A stretch of 64,000 bases of DNA. It comes from Yuukianura sp. NJ FZ-2021 (lineage: Eukaryota). The first letter of the stretch is position 1, and every line of letters starts with the position of its first letter. Below are positions 1 to 11,200 of this stretch, piece by piece. The stretch is from assembly GCA_046563655.1 (NCBI GenBank), contig CM102287.1:5084001-5148000 (forward strand), written 5' to 3'. Below the pieces are notes generated by a model that was not told the origin of the DNA, ran no database searches, and saw only the letters and a list, made by a program, of their open reading frames with translations. The position numbers and the translations under genes were made by a program.

Positions 1-541
1 CTTATGGCAGTCGACTGGGACAGAACGGGTAGTTCGCTTTGCCTCAATTCCTGTCCGCCCTCTTCCTCACTCGACCAAGATGAAATTGAAGTAAAGTGTT
101 GAAGACGCTCTGTTCTACCGTGGAAAAGTACGAAGATCTCCTGGCAGCCTTAGGTTAGGTTAGGGATTTCCTTTTGTCATCTTCGTTTCATCTACACTTG
201 CGGCTGAGAAATGTGTTGGAGACGTGTTTGGAACTTATGTCAGTTCAAGAGAAATTTTTAGATATGAGAAAATATGGGAAACTCAAAATGTTCTAATTTA
301 AATCATTTAATTTAGTACATTAATAATTTATTAAAAAGCCAGGTTCAAATTATTTTTATGTTTTATGGGCTTGGTCTATGGTCGCTAAAGGCGTGGTTTT
401 AAGAATATCCTACTTGACAAAGGTGTTTCCCAACTTCTTCTAACAAAAATACACTTTTACATGAATGAAATTATTACAATTTTAGGGAAATTTTAGGAAG
501 TGAAAATTTTCATTTTTTTTATCAAACGCGATGCGAAGTGA

Positions 542-1463
542 TTAAGCCCAACCAAAGAAAGATTCAACAACTATAGCAACAAATTCAACGGCGATTCCTC
601 CCTCGATCAAAGCCTCTCCAAGTTCAGTAATTTCGGGAAGACGCTTCAAGCGTTGCCATGCAGCGGCCATTTCAGGTTGACGGAGTCGTTGAATGAGAGC
701 GATGGCGGCGGGATCCTCTGATTGGTAAAGTTCAACGGTCAGCACAAACATGTCATTCACTGGAAGAACTTCAAGCAATTCCTCAAGTAGTTTTTGAATT
801 GACCGCCCCAAATTGGCGTCGACAACAAAGGCGACTCCGTTGTTGACGGTGCCATTGTCCTTCAAGTCCCAGCCGAAGAAGGCACGAATCCGATTCAGCG
901 TTTTGTAGATGCTCGTAGCGCCGTTGTCGTAGAACCACTGTGCAAGCTGAAACCGAGAAATACAAAAGGCTTAGGCCAATTCAAGTTTTGCCAATTCAAT
1001 TGCCTTTTTGAAAGTATTTGTATACTATGAACTTACCCGTTGATACTCGGGATCACTAGCCAAGTGCCGAGCGATTGCCTTGCCCTTGGCTCCACGCAAG
1101 TAGCGAAAAACCGCATGGGCGTCCGGATCATTGGCAAGTTTTTGAATCAAAAATTTCGCCAATGGTTCTTTGTCGACGAGGGCAAAAATTCGACCAAAAA
1201 GTTCGCCAATGTCGGGGTTTGAAATTTCAACTGTTTGCAATTCCTTTTCGACTTCATCTGAATCTAAAAGGGATAATTTTTTGCATGTATTTTTTGCAAA
1301 CAATTTTTTTTGCTTTGAATAGATACCTGTTGGAAGCCATACCGTGGCAAATCACTATAAGACTAAACGTTTTGCAAAAATTTTACCTAAATTTACCTTT
1401 CAATGGGCTTGTTGAAACGAATCCAACGCAGATGCAAACGAAAACAAAAATTTGAAAATTCAT
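542..1463 (-). CDS. Secreted insect major-allergen (MA)/protein G12-like protein, 3 exons
   Basis: Signal-peptide exon MNFQIFVFVCICVGFVSTSPLK (ATG 1463). Then ELFGRIFALVDKEPLAKFLIQKLANDPDAHAVFRYLRG...LAQWFYDNGATSIYKTLNRIRAFFGW and a second helical repeat ending VESFFGWA. Resembles the two-repeat Bla g 1/G12 (PF06757) unit. Confidence 0.65.
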
Positions 1464-2052
1464 TTTGTGTTTTAGTTTACTAATTTATAACAATCAAGAT
1501 TTACACTACAAGAAGTAAGCATAAAATGCCCCAAGCTTCAGATTTGAAATGACTACGAATTTTTAATTGCAGCCGAATTTAAAATCAGAAACACCCCAAC
1601 CGCAGTAAATGTTTAATGTTTGTCAGTTTGTCCAAACAAAAGCATAAAAATTTTAAAGTAATCGATTAACGCGAAATAACTAGCACAATGGATGGACACT
1701 AAAATCCATAAAATGAACTGCCAAAAGTATTCGAAATTTTAGAAACAATGGAGTTTTAACCAAATTTATAGCTTTATAAACAAATCCTAACATTTTTGTT
1801 AAAGTTTTTGGAAAAAGTGAGTCAACTAAATTGACTTTCATGCCGCAACCTTTTAATTTTTCAAGCGAAATTTGTGTCATAAAAATATTAAAGTCTCTCT
1901 TTTTTGTGCATCAAAAAGCGTCAAAAAACATGTGGTATTTAATTCAAAATAGTGAGTTTTTTAAACATGTTTTGATTTTTTTTTTAAATGAAATGTCCTT
2001 TTTCGAAAATGACTTTCGAAGTTTTTCGAGGATCATGAACTACCTGAAGTCA

Positions 2053-5000
2053 TCATTCTTCAACTTCCGTCGTTGGAGGAGGTGGTGGATTGAATTCAGA
2101 CACGTTGAAAATGACCGTAAAAATTGTTTCACGAACTTGAATTTCCGTGTAACTTCCAGTGTCGGGGTCAAAGGTCGCCGTCACTGCTGGATTCATAGTT
2201 TCAAATTGTTCCAAATATGCATCCTTGTCAGTTTCTAGAACTTGTCTGTTCACTTCCCACAACTTGATGTACTTTTCCACGGCTCTACACGCTTTTTTGA
2301 GTCCATCGACAACATCTTTTTGAATTGAAACTGACAAGGGGTCAGAGGTCAAAACTTCACTAAATGAAGGAATTACAGTAGTTGGATCATTGAGAAACTG
2401 AATGACGCGTGGAAATGGTCGAATGGCACTACAAATTTTTCCATAAATCCCGGTAATCATTTCCGCAACTTGCATAATTGTTGGACTGAATTCAAATTTG
2501 TCATTTGCACCTCGAATGACATTCAATTTGAAAATTGCCGGCGGCGGACCATGCTCGTCTCCACGAATCGAATTCCGCAAAACTTCCATCGCTCGACGAA
2601 AATTTGTAGTAATGGCTTCTTCAACAATAGAGTCAATTGTGTTCAAATACTTCAGCCACTGGACCTTGACATCTAAAAATTTCAAAAGACAATTTTTTTT
2701 TTACTTTTTTGAAATTTTTTTTGAAATTTGTGCAAAAATTTGTTGGCTAACCTGCACCGTCCTCTCTAAACATTTCAAAAACCGATCGAAGTATGAGCGT
2801 CACATCTTTGTATTTTGTTGCAATTTTCAGAATTGCTTTTTCACGGATCTTGCGTTGAAAATCGTTGAATTCCGAACCTTCGAAAGTTCGTTTTCGGCTC
2901 ATCTTGATCACGAGGTACTTTGTCATACTTTTGACGAGTTTTCCAATTCGGACGTTTGCCAATTTATAGTCGTTCGTAAATCCTTGAACTTTGTTTGCCG
3001 CTTGACGACAATCTTTGATATAAGAATCAGACACATCTGAAGCCCAAGTCAATCGAGTCAATCCAGGATAAACTTTTCGATCCAAAAGTTTGATTCGTTC
3101 TTTAAAAAGTGAGCGTTCTTCAGGGGACAAAGAAGCGACTATTCGATTATAGTCTTTGACCACAAGTAAAACCGTTTCGCGGAGGGAATGAAGACGATCT
3201 CTTTCAGAAAAAACTTGACGAAGAACTTCCGGAACTTTTCGCTCAAGTCGAACCCAAACTGCTGCTTCTGTGATGTGACGGTACAAAATTTTGTCAAAGT
3301 TAACTTCAATCATTCCCGGTTTGAAAGTACTTCGAATCATAAGCGGAATGTCGAGTCTTGAAGTCAAATCCTTTGGTCCTACTTGTTTTAGCCATTCTTC
3401 GTAAAATTGGTTAGAAGATTCTTCCAGGACAGATGTAAGCACTTTGTACTGCGCTACGACATCGTCACCATATCCACAGTCGGGGAGCCACTGAAATCAA
3501 AGTTCGAATTTTGAAAAACCGAAGTCTTCGAAGTTTTTTATGTGTTTTCAAAAAGTGTTTTTAGAACAAACCCAAGCATCCTTGATGCACTGATGACTTG
3601 CATCGAGTCGTCGCTTCATAAATAGCGCCCAAGCTCCTTTGCCAGCCAGCTCGGGATAAGTGAGCGGAAGCGGCAAGAGATTTTGAGCGTGGAGCCGCTT
3701 GACTTGTGCAATTTCTTGTTCAAACATTTTGTAGAGCTTGACGGTGAGCTTGTCGTAGGCACGGATGATACTGTCACGTTGGTAAAACGAGTAAAAACAC
3801 TCGAGTAAAAGTATTCCTTGTTGCAAATTTGAAACAGATTCGAATGAAGTCATCAGTACTGTTTGAATCATCATTTCCATGTCTTTCACAGCCACTTTGA
3901 AAGCGCTCATGTACTGGTGCCACTCGGGATGCCGAACGCTTAAAGCGATTTTGTAGTGAGTAGAGAGAGTGTGAAGTTGCCGATCAAACATTTTCTCAAC
4001 TTCGATCATCACTGTAAGTCACATTAAAGATGATCCAAGCTTTCCCGTTTTCAGAGTTCAAAATTTTAGAAAATTTTGAAAAGTATCTAAAATTCTGAAA
4101 ATTATGTTTCCTGAGCGTACCTTTTGTTAAGTCGGAAGCCTTCGTTCCTGGATAAAGCGGCAAGTCTTCTTGGTTTCCCTGTACACGTCTCGCAAAAAGT
4201 CTTTGACAAGTGCAAACTTCTAGCAAATCGCGAATTCTCTGCACAGAAGCGTCCAAATGTGCAAAAATTTTGTCATATTCCAGAAGCCACGCTGTGTACG
4301 AATTCATGGAATGCATTTTTTGAGCTTCAAAGTACTTTGTACGCCAAAGGAGCAGAAAGTTAAGACATTTTGTAAGATTTTCTTCAGCAGATTCAATATA
4401 TCCGTTGAAGACTTGGTGAACATCGATATTTTGTGTACATTTCATGATGAAAATGTTGCTGAACTTGCGCAGTAGTCCGTTCAGTTTTTCTTTGGTGTTG
4501 TAGTAAGGTGCATTGATCCAAATGACACGAACGACCCAGAAAATAGTCTTGAGTTGTTCTGGAAGATCGTTGATATTCGATTCGTGAATTTTTTCACACA
4601 GTTCACGAAGGGCCCCAAGATAATGCAGATTTGAAATGGCTTCGATTGTGCCTTGAACGATTTCTTGAGAGATTTTAATGAAAGATGGAATGTAAGGAGA
4701 CTTGATGATCTGCATGATGTCACGTACGAGACGTACAGGCCGACTTTGGATCTGCTTCATGAGGTCACTCAAGTCCAAATCTGAAATTTTGAAAGTATTA
4801 TGTTAGGTTACCCGGAAATTTTTTTGAAATTTTTCAATTTTTAGAAAAAAAAAGTTACATTTGTTCTCCCAAAATGCAAGTTCGTCCATGGGCCCCGCCC
4901 AATCTTCTGGATCAATCAGAGTTTGTGCAGCCAGTACTTCTTTGATTTGTTTGTTCCACTGGATAATCGTATCTACAAAAAATGAAATTGTGATTTTTCT

Positions 5001-5297
5001 TTTTTAGAAAAACCTAACCAAAAATTAACGTGTTAGTAAAGGCTAACCTTCCAGACGTGAACAAAGTTCTTTGTCCCGAGACGCAATGTCAATTGGAAGG
5101 TTGATGACTTCCGGTGGAACGACCAGTTTGGTCACTGCATCATGCTGTCTAGGCGGCGGAATTGAACTAGTGCTTTGTCCTAATCCGACTTCTTTTTCTG
5201 GCTCCTTTTCGACAGCACCTTCCATCAAATCGCCCAACAGCTCATCGTCAATCGGAGCAAAATCCAAATCAGCGTCATCCATACTTCCTCCAGGCAT
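2053..5297 (-). CDS. DNAH2: Axonemal dynein heavy chain 2-like, N-terminal tail (DHC_N1) only, about 940 aa
   Basis: Six GT-AG exons (5297-5048, 4972-4859, 4780-4121, 4011-3572, 3490-2752, 2672-2053) total 2823 nt in frame. RDKELCSRLEDTIIQWNKQIKEVL, GPMDELAFW, RVIWINAPYYNTKEKL and PGLTRLTWAS match the DNAH2 tail. Ends PPPPPTTEVEE then TGA TGA. Confidence 0.85.
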
Positions 5298-5552
5298 GAT
5301 TGCGGATATTTAGCTCCTAGATTCAATAAGCTCCTCAGGTCAAAGGTCAGCCAGTTATGGCTTTAGTTTCTCCAAGTAAGTTCACTAGTATACAGTTCTC
5401 GAGAAAAATGAAGAAATCGGAGCGACGTGATCAACTCAGCGACAAAGCAAAATGATTAAGTCGAAGGATTTCAAAATGCCAAAAAATTTTTGGAACGATT
5501 TGAAAACACGATGTTTCGATGTTTGTTCAATATATTTTCTAACGGCCGGGCT

Positions 5553-5566
5553 GTTTCCATGACTAC
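5553..5566 (-). promoter_or_regulatory. RFX X-box-like motif upstream of the DNAH2-like gene
   Basis: GTAGTC-AT-GGAAAC on the minus strand fits RTHNYY-WT-RRNRAC, about 255 bp upstream of the ATG. A forkhead-like TGTTTGT lies at 5520-5526. Confidence 0.45.
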
Positions 5567-5984
5567 AAAAAAAAGCCCCCAAGCACATTCGTCTCACTCG
5601 TCGTCTTGTGAAGAATGTAAATATTTTTGAACAAAAAAAGTTTTTCTAGGGTCAAAGGTCAGAGGTCAAATGGGCACGGGGTCATTTGGGAATACCGTTA
5701 TTGTTCTTACCATTTGACGTCACTAATCCGCGAATGGGGCGAGAAAAGATGTTGCAAACACAAGTCAAAAATTGCACGCGGGAATTTGAATTGAAGCACA
5801 TGACAATTTTGGCTTTGCTGACACAGCCGCAAGCCCAAAAGCAGCATTGCAGAAAGAAGCAAAAGAATTTTAGGATTTAGTAAATAAGATTGAAGTAATT
5901 AATCGTTTTAATTGAGTTTGATTACTTAGTTCATAGTGTTGTACTTTTACTTAGGTTAGTTGTAACGTAGCTCGCCCCGTCAAC

Positions 5985-8159
5985 ATGGTCAAGAAATTCC
6001 TGAGTAAGAAACAATATTTTGATCATTCCATTGGAAAATAGCGTTAGATTTGATTTGGTTCTTGTTGTTTTGCAAGTGTTAATTTTTGTTTTACTTTTCA
6101 GAAAGTAAGTCAAAGCGAGTATCAGCGAAGAAGCGGTATAAGATTGAGCGGAAAGTACGAGAACATAATCGAAAAATTAAGAAAACTGAAAAGGCCAAGG
6201 CACGGATTCATAGTAGGAAGCCGAAGATCATTACAGTACCAGGGGATTGTCCTTTCAAGGAAACAATTCTGCTTGAATCAAAAGCTGTGCGAGAAAAAAT
6301 TAAGCAACGGAAGCAGGCACATAAGGAAGTCGTAAACGCTAATCGTAAGCTGAAAAAAGAAGCACTGGTTGCGGCAAAACGTGGACTGCCGGCTCCTTCC
6401 AAACCTGCCGAAGTTTCGACACAATCCAAGGCAAACACTGAACAACCACAAGCGCCTACAACTGAAGCAAATGCAGTGGCAAGTTTTGAAACGTTGCTGA
6501 AACGAGCACAAGATCGAGGTTATCATTTCGAGAAAGTGGAAGAGGCTAACACCAAGCGGGACCCGAGCCTCAAAGCCTTTTACAAAGAATTTCAACAGGT
6601 ACAACTGCTAGAAAAATGTTGGTATGCTGTGTTGTGTTGGAGCATTGCTCTGATGCTGATCGCTGTTTGTTCCATCGATTTTAGGTCATTGTAGACTCAG
6701 ATGTGATTATTCAAGTACTGGATTCTCGAGATCCTTTGGGAACGCGAAGCGCTGAAGCGGAAGAAGCTGTCAAGGGGCACAGTGACAAGAAGTTGATTTT
6801 GGTCATGAACAAATGTGATTTGGTTCCGATCGATAATTTACAAAACTGGATTTCCTACTTGAAACAAACGTGAGTCAGATATTGATAAGTCATTTCGCCA
6901 TTTTATAATACTCTATTCTAATTCATATCTTAACAAATTAAAGTAACGATGTCAAAAACATTTTTACATTTTGAATGTACAATTTCAGTACGGGATGGTC
7001 TGTACTGCCATTCAAGGCAAATACGCAGAAGCAGAAAGACAGATTTGGCTCTATAAAGTCAGTCAACATGAACAATCAAGCGGGAACAGACACCAAGAAA
7101 ACCGTGGGTATTTCCGACTTATTAGGCCTGTTGGGAACTTGGGCCAGAGGAAGTGCTGGTGGCCTGACTGTTGGAGTAATCGGAATGCCAAATGTTGGAA
7201 AGAGTTCGCTCATCAATTCACTCAAGAGGTCAAAAGCTTGTAATGTTGGAGCAAAGCCTGGTGTTACTCGGTAAGGCATTCTGCATTATCCATAATTAGA
7301 ACTCCGAGAAACTAGATCTTCTTTCCGATTTTTGTTTTCAACTCCTGCTGTATTTTTTTCAGTGCCTGTCAATTGGTTCATTTGGATTCGAAGTTGCGTC
7401 TCATCGATTCTCCTGGAGTGATCTTCTCTAAGGATAAAGGAAACGAAGCCATGAACATTGAAACCATACTGAAGCGTGTTCCAAGGGAAACGCTGATGAA
7501 TCAGTACGGAATTGAGCAATACGGAGACGAAGAACAGTTCCTCTGCTTGATTGCCAAGAAGTTTGGACAGATGAAGAAAGGTGGAGTTCCGAATCCGACT
7601 GCTGCAGAACAGAAGATCATTCATGATTGGAACACGTATGACTTTTTATTTCTATTTTTAAAATCCTTTTTAAAAAAAATCTTGATTCGTGAAATTTGAA
7701 TTTGCTTGCAGTGGAGCCATTAAATTCTTCACCGTTCCGCCTGAACTTCTTTCGACCACGACATCCACCGCCTTCGTTTCGGATCTTGCCGAACCTTTTA
7801 CGCTAGACAACTTCCAACCAACATCACTAACTCCAGATACAGAAATGGAAACTGAAGAAGCAGTACCGGAAGTAGAAATGGAAGAAGAGAAGCCGGTTGG
7901 ACGAATCACAAGAAGTGCAGCCAAGAAATCAGTATCTTTTGCCCTAACTACTGAAGTTCTTGGAAACAAACGACAACTGAGGAGTAAAGCCGCTGCAGCC
8001 GAACCAGTTGTGGGAGTAAGTCCACAAGAAAAATCTAAAATGCTCCACGGTCTCGTCGCCACGAAGAAGCCACTGCTAAAGAAACTTCGTAAAACGAAAA
8101 AGAAAATAGCCAAGCAAGCGTCCAACCTGGCAGATATAATGGAAGACTTTAATTTGTAA
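5985..8159 (+). CDS. GNL3: Nucleostemin/GNL3-family circularly permuted nucleolar GTPase
   Basis: MVKKFLKSKSKRVSAKKRYKIERKVREH (GN3L_Grn1 N-terminus), DSRDPLGTR, G4 NKCD, G1 GMPNVGKSS, G2 PGVT, G3 DSPG, KKGGVPN. Multi-exon. Confidence 0.92.
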
Positions 8160-8264
8160 CTTTTTAGTCTACTTTTTGATTTGTGAAACCGAGATCACTT
8201 TTACTCCTTACTCAAATCTTGTTTTTATCAAAATATTGTTGGATTTGATATAAATGTGAGAAGT

Positions 8265-11200
8265 TTATGTGAAAAAGCCTGCGAATTGTGCTACGGAATC
8301 CGATACGGCCTCCTCTTCGGGTTTTTGACTTGATTTTCTCTCGCGTTGATTTTCTTGAACATCAACATCACTCGAATCACGCAACAGAAAATCAAATTCA
8401 CTTCCAAATGGCGACCCGTCTGAATCGTCGTCATCCACAACTTGTTCCTGCTCTTCTTCGTCGCCTTCTTCACCTTCTTCCATGCCACCATCACCTCCAC
8501 CGCTGCCAGCTTCTTCACGACGTCTGGCAGCATCCAGTATTTCATCGATTTTGTAATCTTCGTCCAAATTCTCCGAAGAAACAGAAGGTTCGTCATGCTT
8601 CAACTTTGAACCCATCTTGCCTTCAAATTCCAAAAATGCAATGTATTCAGCATTCAGTCGTTCCTCCACTTCGGATTCGAGTGCGTAGATTTCCTCTTCA
8701 GTTTTCTAGAATAAAAATTTTGAGATTAGATTTAAGGTATTCCGCTAAAACTTCTGCTAAAAGCTTAGTTATCAATCTTAGCTTACTGTAACTTTCGATT
8801 CCTTCCAGTTCTGATTAATAAGTTCCATTTTCTCGCGTCGTTCGTCAGCCTTTGCAGTCCAATCGCTGATTCGCTTCTCTTCTCGTGTCATCAGTTCCAC
8901 CATGAATGTGTGTTCGGTTTTAGTCGGTTTGTAATAGTATCCAGATAGCAGCATCACAAAAACGTTTCCAGCTGAGTCACTCAAAGCAAGGTATTGTTTC
9001 TTGCCTAACTTCGCCTTCGGAAGTGCCACGTCTGTGGAACATCAAACGAATTTTCATTAACTTCTTATAAATCAGAATAATAAGTGTTATTTGAACAAGT
9101 TTTATACTTGTGATTCTATCCGGAGAAATATCTTGGACCAGCACTGGAGCGTGGCCTTTTTCGGTCAAATCCCAAACTTGTAAACTGCCTTCCCGCGTTC
9201 CGACGAAGAATACGCCGGGCCTTGTGTTTGACCAGCATCCACACCACGGGAACTGGTCGCTTCCAGCCGTTGCCAAGATTGGTTGCTGCAACAGAACCAA
9301 AGTTGGTAAAATTTTCAATTTTTTTCAACATTTCTTATGAGATTGTTTTAAAAATCTCGGTTTTAGTTTCTCCTTGGGCTTACGTTTGTCGTTTCCTTCC
9401 AAATTGAAATTGTCCCGCCGCCAATGACCAGAATCAAGTTGTAGTAAAATGGAGAACGACTGATGGACGTAATTGCACCGTGATGAATTGTTTTGACGTA
9501 CATGTTGTAGAATACTGTAAAAAATCAAAGTTACTCAACTAATTTTGAGATTAACTTTGCCTCAAAATTGTCCAGAAGTTCTTAAGTTTCGTTCATGCCT
9601 CTTTGTCCACCGTCAGGATTGATCGGCCCTTCCTTGTTCCTTAGCCAATCAACGAGAGCAACTTGGCCGGAAATGGTTCCAATGAAAACGGATGACTGGA
9701 CAGACGCAAGCGTATTGAGCAAAGCAGGGGCCTTTTTAATAGTTGGCATAGTTTCGATGTCAATGTCCGCAATACTTGTGGTTGAACCCGACGCGACAGG
9801 ATTAGCCGGATCAACCTGGACACTTTGTCTGTGTTGGGCGACATTGGATTCGGACGGTGGCCGCGGCACTTCGGTTACCGCCAAGTCGGATCCATCTTTT
9901 GCTTGACTTGTGCCACTTCCGACATTGAGGCTGGATCCGGAGTGTAGTGCTTCACGTTGAACCAGTGTATCCAAAGATACTGTTTCACCTAATCCGTGTG
10001 TCAAAGTTTAGAAAAGGAGTTTTTAGCATTATAAAAAGTTGCTTAGCATTTCGTGTTACTTTGACGTGGTTCGCTCAGAGACAAAATGGTGGCTAAGATT
10101 GGTGTGCTTATGCCGTCGTCCATGTCCAAGTAGAACTGTAATGGAATGGAGACATATCATTGACTAATTCAATTAATCAATTACCTAATTAATTAATTAA
10201 GCTAGCTTTAGTTTTCATACCTTGTTCAAGTATTTCCAGTTGTTATTTTCCAAGTGAAGGTAAGCATTTGAGCGGATATCGGAAGCAATGGCATCGAACT
10301 CATCCAATCCAAGTTTTGGTGGCCGAATATCCCAAATCTGGACCGCTCCGTCACCAGCAGTGCTGAAGAACTGATAACTTTTGCCCGCCATGTTTTCAAA
10401 AAGCGTTGCATTCTTCCTGAGCTGTTTAGAAAATAGTTTACTAGACATTTTCTGAAAACGTTCCAAATAATTCTTTTTTAGAAGTTCAATGTGCATTAGT
10501 GCATTGAGTAAATCACCTCTACGTGAGGAGGAAGCCAGCATACGGAAGTGACAACATTTTTGTGACTTTGATCCAGATTGGACAAACCAGCAGGAGCAAT
10601 CAGTGGACAACTGTACTTGTCATCAGTCGTGTCTTTCAGCTTGTCCAGGAACTTCAGATCACCGCTTCCCTTCTCCTTCACTTTCCGTCGTCGATCTTGA
10701 AGACGCGCTCGAAGTTCGACGTACTCTTGTCCAAGATCCCATAAAACTAAAAATGAAATCAAAATTTTGAAAACGAAAGAGAAATCTTCGGAAGCATAAA
10801 CTTTCGAGTGCACTCACCAACTTGGCCATTCGCGCAACCACCTAAATTGGCACACATTCATAACAAAAACATCATTTCAGAGATAATCTTCCATGTTTTA
10901 GCGTTTTTTATAAGTTTTACCACAAATAACTTGAGGGTCGGAGGGATTGATCATGAAAGAGAAAACATCCGAAGGAGCATCAAGCATCAGCTAAAAAACG
11001 AAATCGCATTTAAGTTTTTCTTGCAAATAACTTTTGTGGAAAATCTGAACCTGCGGCCGAGAAGGTTCCTTCATATCCCAAAACAGCACAAAATTCGGAT
11101 CCATCAGCATTTTCGAGTGCAAATCAATCCGCTTGTCAAAAGTGACGTTTTCTGCCAACGATATGACGATGACATCTACAACAAACTTCACATTAGCAAA

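Noticed and set aside
149..164. (TTAGG)3 arthropod telomere motif
   Set aside because: Only three units; TTAGG/CCTAA words are scattered through this AT-rich window.
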